64,000 bases of DNA, taken from positions 1,496-65,495 of the forward strand of contig JAURYI010000118.1 of NCBI GenBank assembly GCA_030654015.1, in the 5' to 3' direction. The translations under genes were made by a program, and so were the position numbers. The notes beneath the pieces are model-generated. The model saw only the letters and a program-made list of their open reading frames with translations. It was not told where the DNA came from and did no database searches. Below are positions 13,153-24,175 of the stretch, in pieces. The stretch is from Methylococcales bacterium (GTDB lineage: Bacteria; Pseudomonadota; Gammaproteobacteria; Methylococcales; Methylomonadaceae). The stretch's first letter is position 1, and every line of letters begins with the position of its first letter.

Positions 13153-13516
13153 ATTTATTATTTTTGCCTCAGTGGGCGTAATCGGCACGTCTGCGCATTA
13201 TTTACTGTTATATCAGCTGGTGGAAAGCTATGCCGTGAATCCTGTTACTGCATCTGGTTATGGCGCGGTCGCGGGTTTGTGTGTCAACTATGGCTTGAAT
13301 TACATCGTAACTTTCAACAGCCAGCAGTCGCATCTGCGTACGTTTCCTAAGTTTGTAGTGATTGCGGGCATTGGTTTTGGCATGAATATGGGCTTGATGA
13401 CCTTATTGACGGCGCAATTTTATTATCTGTACGCTCAGGTTTTAACTACCGTGCTGGTACTAATCTGGAACTTCTTAGGCAACAGTCTGTGGACATTTAA
13501 AATGGAAACCCAATGA
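13142..13516 (+). CDS. GtrA-family membrane protein (polyprenyl-phosphate-sugar flippase-like)
   Basis: Internal ATG at 13142, in frame with track ORF 12986..13516. MLIKFIIFASVGVIGTSAHYLLLY... has 4 TM helices and ends ..NFLGNSLWTFK, typical of GtrA. 11-nt overlap with the preceding gene. Confidence 0.7.
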   Translation: MLIKFIIFASVGVIGTSAHYLLLYQLVESYAVNPVTASGYGAVAGLCVNYGLNYIVTFNSQQSHLRTFPKFVVIAGIGFGMNMGLMTLLTAQFYYLYAQVLTTVLVLIWNFLGNSLWTFKMETQ

Positions 13517-14349
13517 CCGCTCCCATTCAGTTAATTATTAATGCCGATGATTACGGGTATTTTCCCTGTGTCAGTCGCGGCATCATTACAGCCGCACAAA
13601 CAAAAGCCATCACTGCTACGGGTATTTTAGCCACCGCGCCGCAGTTGGCAGAGCAGCTGCAATGGCTGAATGGTGTTGCAGTCGATATAGGTGTGCATCT
13701 TAATTTAACCAGCGGACAGCCGCTGACACAGGCGATGCGCGACGCATTACCGCGTGGGCAGGGCTTGTTTCCCAGTGCATACACCATTAGTGGTTTGGTA
13801 TTAACAGGCAAGCTGCCGCTTAATATCGTGCGGGCAGAATGGCAGGCTCAGATTGAAACCTGTCACAGCCAACCGCTGGTGTTTTTGAATTCGCATGAGC
13901 ATATTCACGCCTTGCCTGTACTGTTTCCTTTGGTGTTGGAACTGGCGAAAAGTCATGGTATTGCTCATGTCCGTTTGCCACAAGCCGATTGGTTGCGTCC
14001 TTTGACAGGTGCTGCGGTGGTGCGTAATAGCCTGATGACGCTTATGCGGACGGTGAATCAATACCGTTTAACAACTCCTGTACCGCTATTTTTAGGGCTG
14101 AGTCAGAGCGGCAAGCTCACTTATGACGGTGTAGAACGCTTGTTCTCAACCTTAAAAGCAGGACAGTGTTATGAACTCATGTGTCATGTCGGCTATTTTG
14201 CCGCCGATGAAATTACTGACCCGCGTTTGTTGGCGTACCACGATTGGGAGGCTGAATTGAGATTATTACAAAGCCCCGAATTACACGCTTTATACCAACG
14301 GCTCAATATCCAGTTGAGTCATTACCCTCATTTGCTTTTGAACAAGTAA
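13513..14349 (+). CDS. YdjC/ChbG-family carbohydrate deacetylase
   Basis: 278 aa; LIINADDYGY, GVHLNLTSGQP, NSHEHIH motifs; 4-nt overlap with gtrA-like gene. Confidence 0.75.
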   Translation: MTAPIQLIINADDYGYFPCVSRGIITAAQTKAITATGILATAPQLAEQLQWLNGVAVDIGVHLNLTSGQPLTQAMRDALPRGQGLFPSAYTISGLVLTGKLPLNIVRAEWQAQIETCHSQPLVFLNSHEHIHALPVLFPLVLELAKSHGIAHVRLPQADWLRPLTGAAVVRNSLMTLMRTVNQYRLTTPVPLFLGLSQSGKLTYDGVERLFSTLKAGQCYELMCHVGYFAADEITDPRLLAYHDWEAELRLLQSPELHALYQRLNIQLSHYPHLLLNK

Positions 14350-14353
14350 AAAT

Positions 14354-15310
14354 ATGAATGTAGTTATGAAACCTAGCACTGTGATGAGTGTGATTATTCC
14401 GGCACACAATGAAAGTCAGGGTATCGAGGTGGCGGTAAAACAAATCGCCGAAATTTTAGCGGGATGTGTCGATAATGCGTGGGAAATCATCGTGGTGGAT
14501 GACGGTAGTTCTGACGACACTTACCAGAAAATTTGCACACTCTCTCAGGTAGATGCCCGCATTAAAGGCATTGCCCTCAGTCGAAATTTTGGCAAAGAAA
14601 ATGCCTTGCTGGCAGGATTGGACTATGCGACAGGCGCGGCAGTGATAACGCTGGATGCCGATTTACAACACCCGCCCAGTTTTATTCCTGAAATGCTGGA
14701 TAAATGGCGGGCAGGTGCAAAAATCGTTCATGCGGTTAAACGCAGTCGCGCAAAAGATTCAGCGTGGCAAAAATTTACCGCGTACTGCATTAACCACCTC
14801 ATTTCAGGTTTGGGGGGTATCAACGTCAAAAACTCGTCGGATTTTAAATTATTGGACAGAGAAATCGTGGACATTTTTACTCATCAACTACCCGAAAAAC
14901 AGCGGTTTTTTCGCGGTTTAACCAGTTGGTTAGGTTTTACGGAAGACTACATCTATTTTGATGTTGCAGAGCGTGAGGGTGATGAAAGTAAATGGTCTTT
15001 CTGGTCATTATTGGAGCTTGCCATTACCGCGCTAACCTCATTCACGGGTTTTCCATTACGCATCGTGACTTTTTTAGGTATTTTGACCTTGATACTGGGT
15101 TTCGGTGTCGCTACCGACGCGCTGTGGTCCTTAGCAAAAAATCAAGCGGTTTCAGGTTATACCACGATTATTATCTGCTTATTGTTAATCGGCAGTTTTG
15201 TAATGATCAGTTTGGGTATTATCGGCGAATACATTGCCAAAATTTATGATGAAGTGAAGGGCAGACCGCATTATCTGATTAGAGGCAGTGTCGGCATTGA
15301 TGATGACTAA
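14354..15310 (+). CDS. ArnC-like family 2 glycosyltransferase (polyprenyl-phosphate sugar transferase), C-terminal TM helices
   Basis: 318 aa; SVIIPAHNE, VDDGSSDDT, DADLQHPP; two C-terminal TM segments as in ArnC/GtrB. Confidence 0.8.
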   Translation: MNVVMKPSTVMSVIIPAHNESQGIEVAVKQIAEILAGCVDNAWEIIVVDDGSSDDTYQKICTLSQVDARIKGIALSRNFGKENALLAGLDYATGAAVITLDADLQHPPSFIPEMLDKWRAGAKIVHAVKRSRAKDSAWQKFTAYCINHLISGLGGINVKNSSDFKLLDREIVDIFTHQLPEKQRFFRGLTSWLGFTEDYIYFDVAEREGDESKWSFWSLLELAITALTSFTGFPLRIVTFLGILTLILGFGVATDALWSLAKNQAVSGYTTIIICLLLIGSFVMISLGIIGEYIAKIYDEVKGRPHYLIRGSVGIDDD

Positions 15311-15398
15311 CTTTTAACTTAACGGTGGGTAAAGCCCTGTTGACTGTGGCATAATGGCAAGATTTTTAATTACTATAATAAAACACTGAGGATAACTT

Positions 15399-15749
15399 AT
15401 GAGCTTCTTTATCTCTGACGCGGTTGCCGCTGCTGCACCCGCTGGCCAAGCCCCCGGCATCGAAGGAATGTTGTTTCCACTGGGCGTACTGGCTTTTTTC
15501 TACTTTCTATTTTTACGTCCGCAATCTAAACGCGCCAAAGAAAAAAAGGACATGATTGCTGCCATTACTAAAGGCGCGGAAGTCGTTACCTCAGGCGGTA
15601 TTTTGGGTAAAGTGATTGATATGGATGATAATTTTGTCAAAATTGAAATTTGTGACAACACCTTTATTCAAGTTCAACGCCAAAGCATCGAAACCATGAT
15701 GCCGAAAGGAACTTATAAAGCGATTACTAAAAAAGTCGTTAAAGTCTAA
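15399..15749 (+). CDS. yajC: Preprotein translocase subunit YajC
   Basis: 116 aa; FFYFLFLRPQSKRAKE..GAEVVTSGGILGKV. Confidence 0.9.
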   Translation: MSFFISDAVAAAAPAGQAPGIEGMLFPLGVLAFFYFLFLRPQSKRAKEKKDMIAAITKGAEVVTSGGILGKVIDMDDNFVKIEICDNTFIQVQRQSIETMMPKGTYKAITKKVVKV

Positions 15750-15801
15750 TGTAAGAACGCCGCGTTGCTGTATGGCGTGATTTAATTCTTGGAATAACAT
15801 A

Positions 15802-17652
15802 ATGCAAAATCATTTCCCACTTTGGAAAAATATCCTCGTACTGGTTACTTTTCTAATCTCTCTTATTTATGCGTTGCCGAATTTATACGGCGATGATCCC
15901 TCGGTACAAGTGTCATCGGCAGTTGCCTCCGCTAAGTTGACCGATGAGCAAGCCAAGCAAATTGAAGCGGCTATTAAAACAACAGGCGTAGCCACTAAAG
16001 CCTTTGAGTTTAACAACAGCCAAGTATTAGCCCGCTTTACTAATACCGACGAACAAATGAAAGTAGCGGATTCATTGCGCGACTCATTAGGCGATAATTA
16101 CACAGTAGCATTAAATCTTGCGCCCACTACACCCGCTTGGTTACGCGCTCTGGGTGCGGATGCCATGTATCTGGGTTTAGACTTGCGCGGCGGGGTACAT
16201 TTCCTGCTGGAAGTGGATATGGATGCCGCTGTTAAACAAGCCGAAGAACGCTATGTAGACGATGTGCGTTTAGCATTAAGAGCAGAAAAAGTGCATTACC
16301 AGTCGGTTGCCAAAGACAACGGTTATATCAAAGTCATCATGAAAACGGCCGATGAAAAAGCGGCAGTCATGAAAGTGCTGAATAAAGATTTTCGTGTGCT
16401 GGATATTACCGAACCCGCTTCTGGTGAACAGGTTTGGTTAAAAATCAAAGACACAGAAATCAGAGACATTAAAAAATCTGCCGTTGCGCAAAACATGACT
16501 ACATTGCGTAATCGGGTCAATGAATTAGGCGTTGCCGAACCTGTGATTCAACAGCAAGGCGACAACCGCATTGTGATTCAGTTACCCGGTGTACAAGATA
16601 CCACGCGTGCGAAAGAAATTCTGGGTACAACCGCCACACTGGAATATCGTTTAGTCGATGTTGAACACGATGTACAACAAGCAGTTTCAGGACATGTTCC
16701 TGTCGGTAGCCGTTTGTACAAAGACAAAAATGGTAGCCCTATTTTGTTAGATAAGCGTGTCATCGTGACGGGCGATCAAATTGTCGATGCGGCTTCTAAT
16801 GTCGATGATAATGGCAGACCTGCGGTGAGTATCACGCTCAACGGTGTCGGCGCGACTAAAATGGGTAATCTCACCAAAGTCAGTGTCGGCAAGCCAATGG
16901 CGGTAGTGTTCATTGAATATAAAAATGAAACCAAAGTCGTTGACGGTGTCAAAGTCCATCATAAAGAAAAAGTGGAAAAAGTCATTAACGTGGCGACTAT
17001 TCAAGGCGTATTCAGTAAACGCTTTCAAACCACAGGCTTGGACAGTCCGCAAGAAGCGCGTAATTTAGCCTTATTATTAAAAGCAGGGGCATTAGCCGCA
17101 CCTGTGGATATGGTGGAAGAACGCACCGTAGGGCCGAGTTTAGGTCAGGATAATATCGACAAAGGCGTGTTGTCGTTTTTGGTTGGTTTTGGTCTGGTTG
17201 TATTGTTTATGATGATTTATTACAAGCTATGCGGCGTATTTGCTAATGTAGCGTTAATATTTAACGTGTTTATCATTATTGCCATTTTGTCGATGTTACA
17301 AGCAACCTTGACCTTACCTGGTATTGCGGGGATTATTTTAACCGTGGGTATGTCGGTTGATGCTAACGTATTGATTTTTGAACGAATTAAAGAAGAGGTT
17401 CAATTGGGTAATACGCCACAATCGGCTATTTTTATCGGTTTTGAAAAAGCGTTTGCCACTATTCTTGACTCTAACATCACTACATTATTAGTTGCTGTCA
17501 TGTTGTTCGCTTTTGGTACAGGTTCAGTCAAAGGCTTTGCTGTTACGCTGATTATCGGTCTGTTATCTTCCATGTTTACCGCTATCACAGGTACACGGAT
17601 GATTATGAACTGGTTTTATGGTGATCGTCGCGTCGAGAAGTTATCTATTTAA
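15802..17652 (+). CDS. secD: Protein translocase subunit SecD
   Basis: 616 aa; LGLDLRGGVHFLLEVD, VGPSLGQDNI, C-terminal 6-TM RND-like domain. Confidence 0.97.
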   Translation: MQNHFPLWKNILVLVTFLISLIYALPNLYGDDPSVQVSSAVASAKLTDEQAKQIEAAIKTTGVATKAFEFNNSQVLARFTNTDEQMKVADSLRDSLGDNYTVALNLAPTTPAWLRALGADAMYLGLDLRGGVHFLLEVDMDAAVKQAEERYVDDVRLALRAEKVHYQSVAKDNGYIKVIMKTADEKAAVMKVLNKDFRVLDITEPASGEQVWLKIKDTEIRDIKKSAVAQNMTTLRNRVNELGVAEPVIQQQGDNRIVIQLPGVQDTTRAKEILGTTATLEYRLVDVEHDVQQAVSGHVPVGSRLYKDKNGSPILLDKRVIVTGDQIVDAASNVDDNGRPAVSITLNGVGATKMGNLTKVSVGKPMAVVFIEYKNETKVVDGVKVHHKEKVEKVINVATIQGVFSKRFQTTGLDSPQEARNLALLLKAGALAAPVDMVEERTVGPSLGQDNIDKGVLSFLVGFGLVVLFMMIYYKLCGVFANVALIFNVFIIIAILSMLQATLTLPGIAGIILTVGMSVDANVLIFERIKEEVQLGNTPQSAIFIGFEKAFATILDSNITTLLVAVMLFAFGTGSVKGFAVTLIIGLLSSMFTAITGTRMIMNWFYGDRRVEKLSI

Positions 17653-17704
17653 CCTGCGTTTGTTTAGACCTGACTTATTATTAATTAACGACAAAGACAA
17701 CACT

Positions 17705-18631
17705 ATGAAAGCAACCAATATAAATTTTATAGGCAACCGCAATATTGCCCTGATTTTCTCCAGTATTCTAATGATTATCTCCATTGGCTCTTTGGCAGTC
17801 CGTGGTTTGCAGATGGGTATTGATTTTACAGGAGGCACATTAATCGAAGTTGGTTATCAACAAACAGCGGATTTAGACCAGTTGCGTAAAACCTTAGCTG
17901 AGACAGGTTTTAACGATGCCACCGTACAGAATTTCGGCACGACTAAAGACGTGTTAATCCGCTTAAAACCGCACGATGACATGAAAAATAAGGACATTAG
18001 TGCCAAAATTATTGATGCCATTAATAAAACCACTAAAGAACCTGCCAGTGTGCGCCGCATTGAATTTGTGGGTCCGCAAGTGGGTGATGACTTGGCTGAA
18101 GATGGTTTTTTGGCCTTACTCTATTCGACTATCGGTATTTTAATTTACATTGCATGGCGTTTTGAATGGAAGTTTTCAGTGGGTGCGGTTATCGCAACTT
18201 TCCATGATGTAATTGTGACGCTGGGCGTATTTTCAGTGCTTGGTTTAGAATTTGATTTAACCGTATTAGCGGCGATACTTGCGCTGATTGGTTACTCACT
18301 CAATGATACTATCGTGGTTTACGACCGTATTCGTGAAAATTTTCGGAATTTAAGAAAAATGACCACTGAAGAAATTATGAATCTTTCGGTGAATGTCACC
18401 TTAAGCCGAACCATCATGACTTCGTTCACGGTGGTATTGGTGTTGGTGTCATTATTTTTCCTAGGTGGTGAAGCCATTCACAATTTTTCCACCGCCATGT
18501 TATTTGGCGTGGTTTTCGGTACTTATTCATCTATCTTTATCGCCAGTCCAGCGGCGTTGTTATTAGGTGTCAGTTCAGCGGATTTAATTGCCCCTGTTAA
18601 AGAAGGCGCGGAACTGGATAACTTGCCATAG
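17705..18631 (+). CDS. secF: Protein translocase subunit SecF
   Basis: Internal ATG at 17705, in frame with track ORF 17618..18631: MKATNINFIGNRNIAL..GIDFTGGTLIEV. Confidence 0.95.
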   Translation: MKATNINFIGNRNIALIFSSILMIISIGSLAVRGLQMGIDFTGGTLIEVGYQQTADLDQLRKTLAETGFNDATVQNFGTTKDVLIRLKPHDDMKNKDISAKIIDAINKTTKEPASVRRIEFVGPQVGDDLAEDGFLALLYSTIGILIYIAWRFEWKFSVGAVIATFHDVIVTLGVFSVLGLEFDLTVLAAILALIGYSLNDTIVVYDRIRENFRNLRKMTTEEIMNLSVNVTLSRTIMTSFTVVLVLVSLFFLGGEAIHNFSTAMLFGVVFGTYSSIFIASPAALLLGVSSADLIAPVKEGAELDNLP

Positions 18632-18637
18632 CGGAAT

Positions 18638-18692
18638 CTACAGCTTGGGTTAGCTGTGAGCTTGTCGAACAGCGCAACCCAACCCAACCTAC
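18638..18692. repeat. Degenerate REP-like element ending ...GCAACCCAACCCAACCTAC
   Basis: Shares the AACCCAACCTAC terminus with the elements at 9881-9954 and 56046-56119; lies just after the secF stop. Confidence 0.45.
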
Positions 18693-18759
18693 AATACACA
18701 CATAAATCAGTTATAATCCCCACTTATTTTTTATTAACTTTTAAGAGTCTTACAACACA

Positions 18760-19191
18760 ATGGCAATCGAACGTACTTTCTCAATCATTAAACCCGACGC
18801 AGTTGCAAAAAACGTAATCGGTCAAATTTACAGCCGTTTTGAAGCCAATGGCTTGCAAATTGTCGCGGCAAAAATGCTGCATTTGACTAAAGAACAAGCA
18901 GAAGGTTTTTATGCGGAACACAGTGAACGCGGCTTTTTTAACGACTTAATCGCGTTTATGATTTCAGGCCCTGTGATAATGCAAGTGTTAGAAGGCGAAA
19001 ATGCTGTATTGGCACACCGTGAAATCATGGGCGCGACCAACCCGAAAGACGCAGCAGAAGGCACTATCCGTGCTGACTTTGCTAGCAGCATCGACGAAAA
19101 TGCCGTACACGGTTCTGATGCGTTAGACACTGCTGCCAGAGAAATCGCTTACTTTTTCTCAGCTGATGAACTTTGTGCTAGAACCCGTTAA
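18760..19191 (+). CDS. ndk: Nucleoside diphosphate kinase
   Basis: 143 aa; [19 protein letters not shown]. Confidence 0.97.
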   Translation: MAIERTFSIIKPDAVAKNVIGQIYSRFEANGLQIVAAKMLHLTKEQAEGFYAEHSERGFFNDLIAFMISGPVIMQVLEGENAVLAHREIMGATNPKDAAEGTIRADFASSIDENAVHGSDALDTAAREIAYFFSADELCARTR

Positions 19192-20278
19192 TCCTAAAAA
19201 GGTTAATTTGCTGGATCTCGACAGAAAAGGCTTGGCTGCCTTTTTTGTCGGTTTAGGCGAAAAACCGTTTCGCGCTACGCAATTGCTGAAATGGATTTAT
19301 CAGGAAGACGTACAAGACTTCGACTTGATGAGCAATTTAAGCAAATCGTTACGCGCCTATCTGACTGAAAACTGCGTTATCGAAACGCCTGAAATCGTCG
19401 TTGAACAAATAGCCAGTGATGCCACGCGCAAATGGGTAATGCAAACCCATTGCGGTAATCGCGTGGAAACCGTTTTCATTCCTGAAGAAGGGCGCGGCAC
19501 GTTGTGCGTGTCTTCGCAAATCGGCTGTGCGTTAGCCTGTACCTTCTGTTCTACCGCTCAACAGGGCTTTAATCGTAATCTTAGTACCGCTGAAATTATC
19601 GGTCAGGTGTTTGTCGCGCAAAAACGCCTAGGCACGACTGCCAAAATCACCAATGTTGTCATGATGGGCATGGGCGAACCCCTGCTTAATTTTGATAATG
19701 TCGTCGCGGCAATGAACCTGATGATGGATGATTTTACTTACGGCTTATCCAAACGCCGTGTCACTATCAGTACATCGGGCGTAGTGCCTGCTATGTATCG
19801 CCTAACAGAAGTCTGTGATGTCAGTCTGGCGGTATCTTTACACGCAGTGCGTGATGAATTACGCGATGAGTTAGTGCCTATCAATAAAAAATACCCATTA
19901 AAGGAGCTAATGGAAGCCTGTCGGGATAATGCCAAAATCGCACCACGTCGCACGGTCACGTTTGAATATGTGATGTTAGCGGGCGTGAATGATTCCATGG
20001 ATGATGCGCGCGGCTTACTGAAATTATTAAAAACCGTCCCTGCAAAAATTAATTTAATCCCCTTTAATCCGTTTCCAGGTTCCTCTTATCGCTGTTCCAG
20101 CAAAGACACCATGAATCAGTTTAAAGCCTTATTAAACGATGCAGGAATCGTTACTACCATCAGAAAAACACGCGGCGAAGATATTGATGCAGCCTGTGGT
20201 CAGTTAGTCGGGCAAGTTCAGGATAAAAGCCGTAGACACCTTAAATTGACCAATGCAGGTTCAAACCATGTGGCTTAA
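19166..20278 (+). CDS. rlmN: 23S rRNA/tRNA (adenine-C2)-methyltransferase RlmN (radical SAM)
   Basis: 370 aa; [11 protein letters not shown], radical-SAM [17 protein letters not shown]. The start is uncertain: the ATG at 19166 overlaps ndk by 26 nt, and GTG 19175 or TTG 19208 are alternatives. Confidence 0.9.
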   Translation: MNFVLEPVNPKKVNLLDLDRKGLAAFFVGLGEKPFRATQLLKWIYQEDVQDFDLMSNLSKSLRAYLTENCVIETPEIVVEQIASDATRKWVMQTHCGNRVETVFIPEEGRGTLCVSSQIGCALACTFCSTAQQGFNRNLSTAEIIGQVFVAQKRLGTTAKITNVVMMGMGEPLLNFDNVVAAMNLMMDDFTYGLSKRRVTISTSGVVPAMYRLTEVCDVSLAVSLHAVRDELRDELVPINKKYPLKELMEACRDNAKIAPRRTVTFEYVMLAGVNDSMDDARGLLKLLKTVPAKINLIPFNPFPGSSYRCSSKDTMNQFKALLNDAGIVTTIRKTRGEDIDAACGQLVGQVQDKSRRHLKLTNAGSNHVA

Positions 20279-21023
20279 AAAATGTAACCGAATTGTTGTT
20301 TGTCTGATACCAGTTGCTTTAATCGCCTGTTCTACGGTGGCTGAAAAAGAGAAAATTGATGCTGCCAACGTGTATTTGCAGCTGGGTGTACGCTATCTCA
20401 GTTTAAATAATCTGTCTCTGGCTAAAGAAAATTTAGAGCTGGCATTACAAAGCAATGCTGACAGTATTCCAGCCCATATAGCGATGGCATTTTTGTATGA
20501 AAAACTCAATAAATACGATGATGCCAGACAACAGTACGAACGTTGTTTAAGTTTAGATCCTGAAAATTTAAGCCTGCAAAATAATTACGGTCGTTTTTTG
20601 TGTGACCGCCGTGATTTTGACAAAGGCATGGCGTTATTGAGCAAGACAAGTTCCAATATGCTGAACGAAACGCCGTGGATGGCATTGACCAATGCGGGAC
20701 GTTGTCAGATGGCAATGGGCGACAAGAAAAAAGCCAACGCTTATTTTGAAAAAGCCCTGCAAGCAAATCCTGATTACGCACCGCTTTTGTTGGAAATGCA
20801 AAAAATGAGTTATCAAAATGGCGACTTTAAAGCATCAAGAGAGTATTTGGAGCGGTATTTAACCGTTGCCACGCAGACTCCTGACACGTTATGGGTAGCC
20901 ATACAAACAGAACAGGCACTGGGAAATGAAATGCTGGTAAAAGAATATACCGCTCTATTATTGGAAAAGTTTCCCTATTCCAATGAAGCAAAACAAATCA
21001 AATCCACACTACGACCACAATAA
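20268..21023 (+). CDS. pilW: Type IV pilus biogenesis/stability TPR lipoprotein PilW (PilF)
   Basis: Internal ATG at 20268 of track ORF 20253..21023; lipobox LIAC; TPR repeats; conserved rlmN-pilW-hisS neighbourhood. Confidence 0.75.
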   Translation: MWLKKCNRIVVCLIPVALIACSTVAEKEKIDAANVYLQLGVRYLSLNNLSLAKENLELALQSNADSIPAHIAMAFLYEKLNKYDDARQQYERCLSLDPENLSLQNNYGRFLCDRRDFDKGMALLSKTSSNMLNETPWMALTNAGRCQMAMGDKKKANAYFEKALQANPDYAPLLLEMQKMSYQNGDFKASREYLERYLTVATQTPDTLWVAIQTEQALGNEMLVKEYTALLLEKFPYSNEAKQIKSTLRPQ

Positions 21024-21037
21024 AGTCGTCACACATT

Positions 21038-22312
21038 ATGGCAAACAATATACAAGCGATACGCGGAATGCACGATGTGCTACCCGATCAGACTCCACTT
21101 TGGCAATACGCGGAGAACATTATCCGTGAGGTGTTGAGCAGTTACGGCTATTCAGAAATCCGTCTGCCTATTGTCGAAAAAACCGAACTGTTCAAACGCT
21201 CTATCGGTGAAGTTACCGATATAGTCGAAAAAGAAATGTACACGTTCGATGATCGTAACGGTGATTCACTTACCTTGCGCCCCGAAGGTACAGCGGGCTG
21301 TTTACGCGCCTGTTTAGAACATGGTTTACTGCACAATCAGGTGCATCGTTTATGGTATTACGGTCAAATGTATCGTCATGAACGCCCGCAAAAAGGACGT
21401 TATCGCCAGTTTATTCAATTGGGCGTAGAAACCTACGGAATGTCCGCGCCTGATATTGATGCCGAACTTATTTTATTGATGGATAGATTATGGAAGCGGC
21501 TGGGTATTCGTGACAAAGTCAGTTTACAGTTGAATTCCTTAGGCACAATTGCCGAACGCTCGGTGTACCGTAATAACTTAGTGGCTTACTTTGAACAGCA
21601 TTTGGATGCACTGGATGAAGACAGCTTGCGGCGGTTAAAAACTAATCCATTGCGCATACTGGATACTAAAAATCCCGCCATGAAAGACGTGGTTGCCAAT
21701 GCACCTGAGTTAATGGCGTATTTGGGCGAAGACAGCCTGCAACATTTTCAAGCCATTACCACCATCTTGGATAAAGTTGGTATCGGCTATGAGATTAATA
21801 CTCGCTTGGTACGCGGTCTGGATTATTACAGCAAAACCGTATTTGAATGGGTCACGACCGAATTAGGTTCACAAGGTACGGTATGTGCAGGCGGACGCTA
21901 TGATGGTCTAATCGAACAATTAGGCGGCAAACCCAATCACGCAGTCGGATTTGCTATGGGCATGGAACGCTTGCTGGCACTTATGGAAACTTTGAACCTG
22001 CCCGTTGCCCCTGCGGTGGACGTGTACTTAATTCGTGTCGGTGAACAAGCCGAACAGCAAGGGTTTTATTTTGCCGAAGCTATCAGAGATAACGTAATCG
22101 GCATAAAATTACAGATTGACTGCGTTGGCGGCAGCTTTAAAAGCCAGTTCAAAAAAGCCGATAAAAGCGGTGCGGCTTACGCACTGATTTTAGGGGATGA
22201 TGAAGTGAGTCGCGGCGAAGTCAGTATTAAACCGTTACGCGATAATACGGAACAACAAGTATTGTCGCAGGCTGCTGCAATTGAATTTTTGCAAACCTCG
22301 TTTTTAAATTGA
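21038..22312 (+). CDS. hisS: Histidine--tRNA ligase
   Basis: 424 aa; [25 protein letters not shown]. Confidence 0.97.
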   Translation: MANNIQAIRGMHDVLPDQTPLWQYAENIIREVLSSYGYSEIRLPIVEKTELFKRSIGEVTDIVEKEMYTFDDRNGDSLTLRPEGTAGCLRACLEHGLLHNQVHRLWYYGQMYRHERPQKGRYRQFIQLGVETYGMSAPDIDAELILLMDRLWKRLGIRDKVSLQLNSLGTIAERSVYRNNLVAYFEQHLDALDEDSLRRLKTNPLRILDTKNPAMKDVVANAPELMAYLGEDSLQHFQAITTILDKVGIGYEINTRLVRGLDYYSKTVFEWVTTELGSQGTVCAGGRYDGLIEQLGGKPNHAVGFAMGMERLLALMETLNLPVAPAVDVYLIRVGEQAEQQGFYFAEAIRDNVIGIKLQIDCVGGSFKSQFKKADKSGAAYALILGDDEVSRGEVSIKPLRDNTEQQVLSQAAAIEFLQTSFLN

Positions 22313-22328
22313 TAACAAGAGAACCGTA

Positions 22329-22979
22329 GTGGAAATTTTAGATACAACAGAAGAAGAACGCCTTGAAGCGGCACAAAGATGGTGGAAAGAAAATGGTCAA
22401 TCCACCATTATCGGTATCGTATTGGGTATCGTGGCGATTTTAGGTTGGCAGTATTGGCTGGAACATAAACACGCTGAAGCAGAAAAAGCATCGGCGTTAT
22501 ACGCTGAGCTAGTCAAAGCGGTGGAGTCCAACAATAAAGACAACACGGAAAAATTAGCGGTGCGTGTTCAAACCGAATTCCCGAAAACGGATTACGCATT
22601 GTATAGCGGCTTGTATCAGGCGCAGTTAAAAGCGCAGAAAAATGATACCGCGACTGCAAAACAGATTTTGACCAAAATCGGTGAAAGCTCAAACAAAGAA
22701 TTAAGCAACATCGCTAAAATCAGATTAGTACGCTTAATGTTGGCGAATAAAGAATATGAACAGGGGCTGGAGTTGATTAACAAAATTGACCCTGCCAGTT
22801 CAGCCAGTTTTTCCAGTAGTTATGATGAATTAACGGGTGATTTATACGTTGCTTTGAACCGTTTGGATCAGGCGCGTACCTCTTATCAAAACGCCTTGCG
22901 CAATGGGGCTAAATCACCTTTATTACAACTGAAAATTGATGACCTGACCGCACCTGAGCGGGTGGAAGCGAAAAAATAA
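22329..22979 (+). CDS. yfgM: YfgM-family membrane-anchored TPR-like protein
   Basis: 216 aa, GTG start; RWWKENGQSTIIGIVLGIVAILGWQYW anchor; conserved hisS-yfgM-bamB-der order. Confidence 0.8.
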   Translation: MEILDTTEEERLEAAQRWWKENGQSTIIGIVLGIVAILGWQYWLEHKHAEAEKASALYAELVKAVESNNKDNTEKLAVRVQTEFPKTDYALYSGLYQAQLKAQKNDTATAKQILTKIGESSNKELSNIAKIRLVRLMLANKEYEQGLELINKIDPASSASFSSSYDELTGDLYVALNRLDQARTSYQNALRNGAKSPLLQLKIDDLTAPERVEAKK

Positions 22980-24169
22980 TGCGCAAAATTACGCTGGTAT
23001 TACTTTGTTTAGTGGGCTTGGTAGGCTGTTCCGCAATGGACTACGCCAAAGAATCCGTATCTGGTATTTATGACTATTTCAGTGGTGGTGAAGATAATTC
23101 CACACCACCTACGCCATTGGTCGAATATCATCAGGAACTGGAGGCTCAAATTGTATGGAAAGAAAGTATCGGAGTCGGTGCTGACGGACATACCTTGAAA
23201 TTAATACCCGCTATTGGCGGCGGCAAAGTCATTGCTGCTGATAGAGAAGGCGTAGTACAGGCGCGGGATGCAAAAACAGGCAGCTTGCTGTGGGAAGTTC
23301 AAACCGAAATTCCTTTTTCAGCAGGGCCGGGTTTAGCCGCAGGGCGCATTATTTTAGGTTCTGGCAAAGCGAAAGTGGTCGCGCTCAACAGTGAAAATGG
23401 CGAACAGATCTGGGAAGCGACCGTATCCAGTGAAGTGCTTGCTGTTCCCGTGATTACCAAAGGTATAGTGATTGTGCGTACTGCCGCAGGTACAGTTGTT
23501 GCCCTTGATGAAAAAACAGGCAAACGCTTGTGGGATTATGAACACAGCGTTCCTGCCTTAAGCATACGCGGTACAGGTATGCCATTGGTCATTAAAGATA
23601 ACGTTATTGTCGGTTATGACAACGGAAAATTAGTCGCCTTGAAACTCAGTAATGGCAAATACGTCTGGGAAACCACCATTGCCATGCCTAAAGGTCGTTC
23701 TGAAATTGAACGACTGGTTGATTTGGATGTTGATCCCATTGAAGTAGACGGTACGATTTATATCGCCAGTTATAACGGCGGTATCAGTGCGGTGTCTGCT
23801 TCCGATGGCGAAGTGATGTGGCGTAACGAAAAAATTTCCTCACATACAGGCTTGAGTTACGACAGATCTCACTTGTATCTCTCTGATTCCATCGGTCAGG
23901 TATTGCAGATAGAGCAAAGCCGTGGCGCGGGTCTGTGGTCACAAAAAGAACTCAATCACCGCAAATTAACCGCACCCGCACTGTACCAGAATTATGTCGT
24001 GGTGGGTGATTTTGAAGGCTATGTTCATTGGCTCAGCACTCGTGATGGCAGACAGTTAGGACGGGTACAGATTACCGATACTGGTATTGGTGTCAAACCC
24101 GTTGTAGCCGATGGAATTGTTTATGTTTATGCAAAAGACGGCACGCTTGCCGCTTTAACCGCTCATTAA
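22979..24169 (+). CDS. bamB: Outer membrane protein assembly factor BamB
   Basis: 396 aa; lipobox LVGCS; PQQ-like beta-propeller repeats; TAATG overlap with yfgM. Confidence 0.9.
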   Translation: MRKITLVLLCLVGLVGCSAMDYAKESVSGIYDYFSGGEDNSTPPTPLVEYHQELEAQIVWKESIGVGADGHTLKLIPAIGGGKVIAADREGVVQARDAKTGSLLWEVQTEIPFSAGPGLAAGRIILGSGKAKVVALNSENGEQIWEATVSSEVLAVPVITKGIVIVRTAAGTVVALDEKTGKRLWDYEHSVPALSIRGTGMPLVIKDNVIVGYDNGKLVALKLSNGKYVWETTIAMPKGRSEIERLVDLDVDPIEVDGTIYIASYNGGISAVSASDGEVMWRNEKISSHTGLSYDRSHLYLSDSIGQVLQIEQSRGAGLWSQKELNHRKLTAPALYQNYVVVGDFEGYVHWLSTRDGRQLGRVQITDTGIGVKPVVADGIVYVYAKDGTLAALTAH

Positions 24170-24175
24170 AAACTT

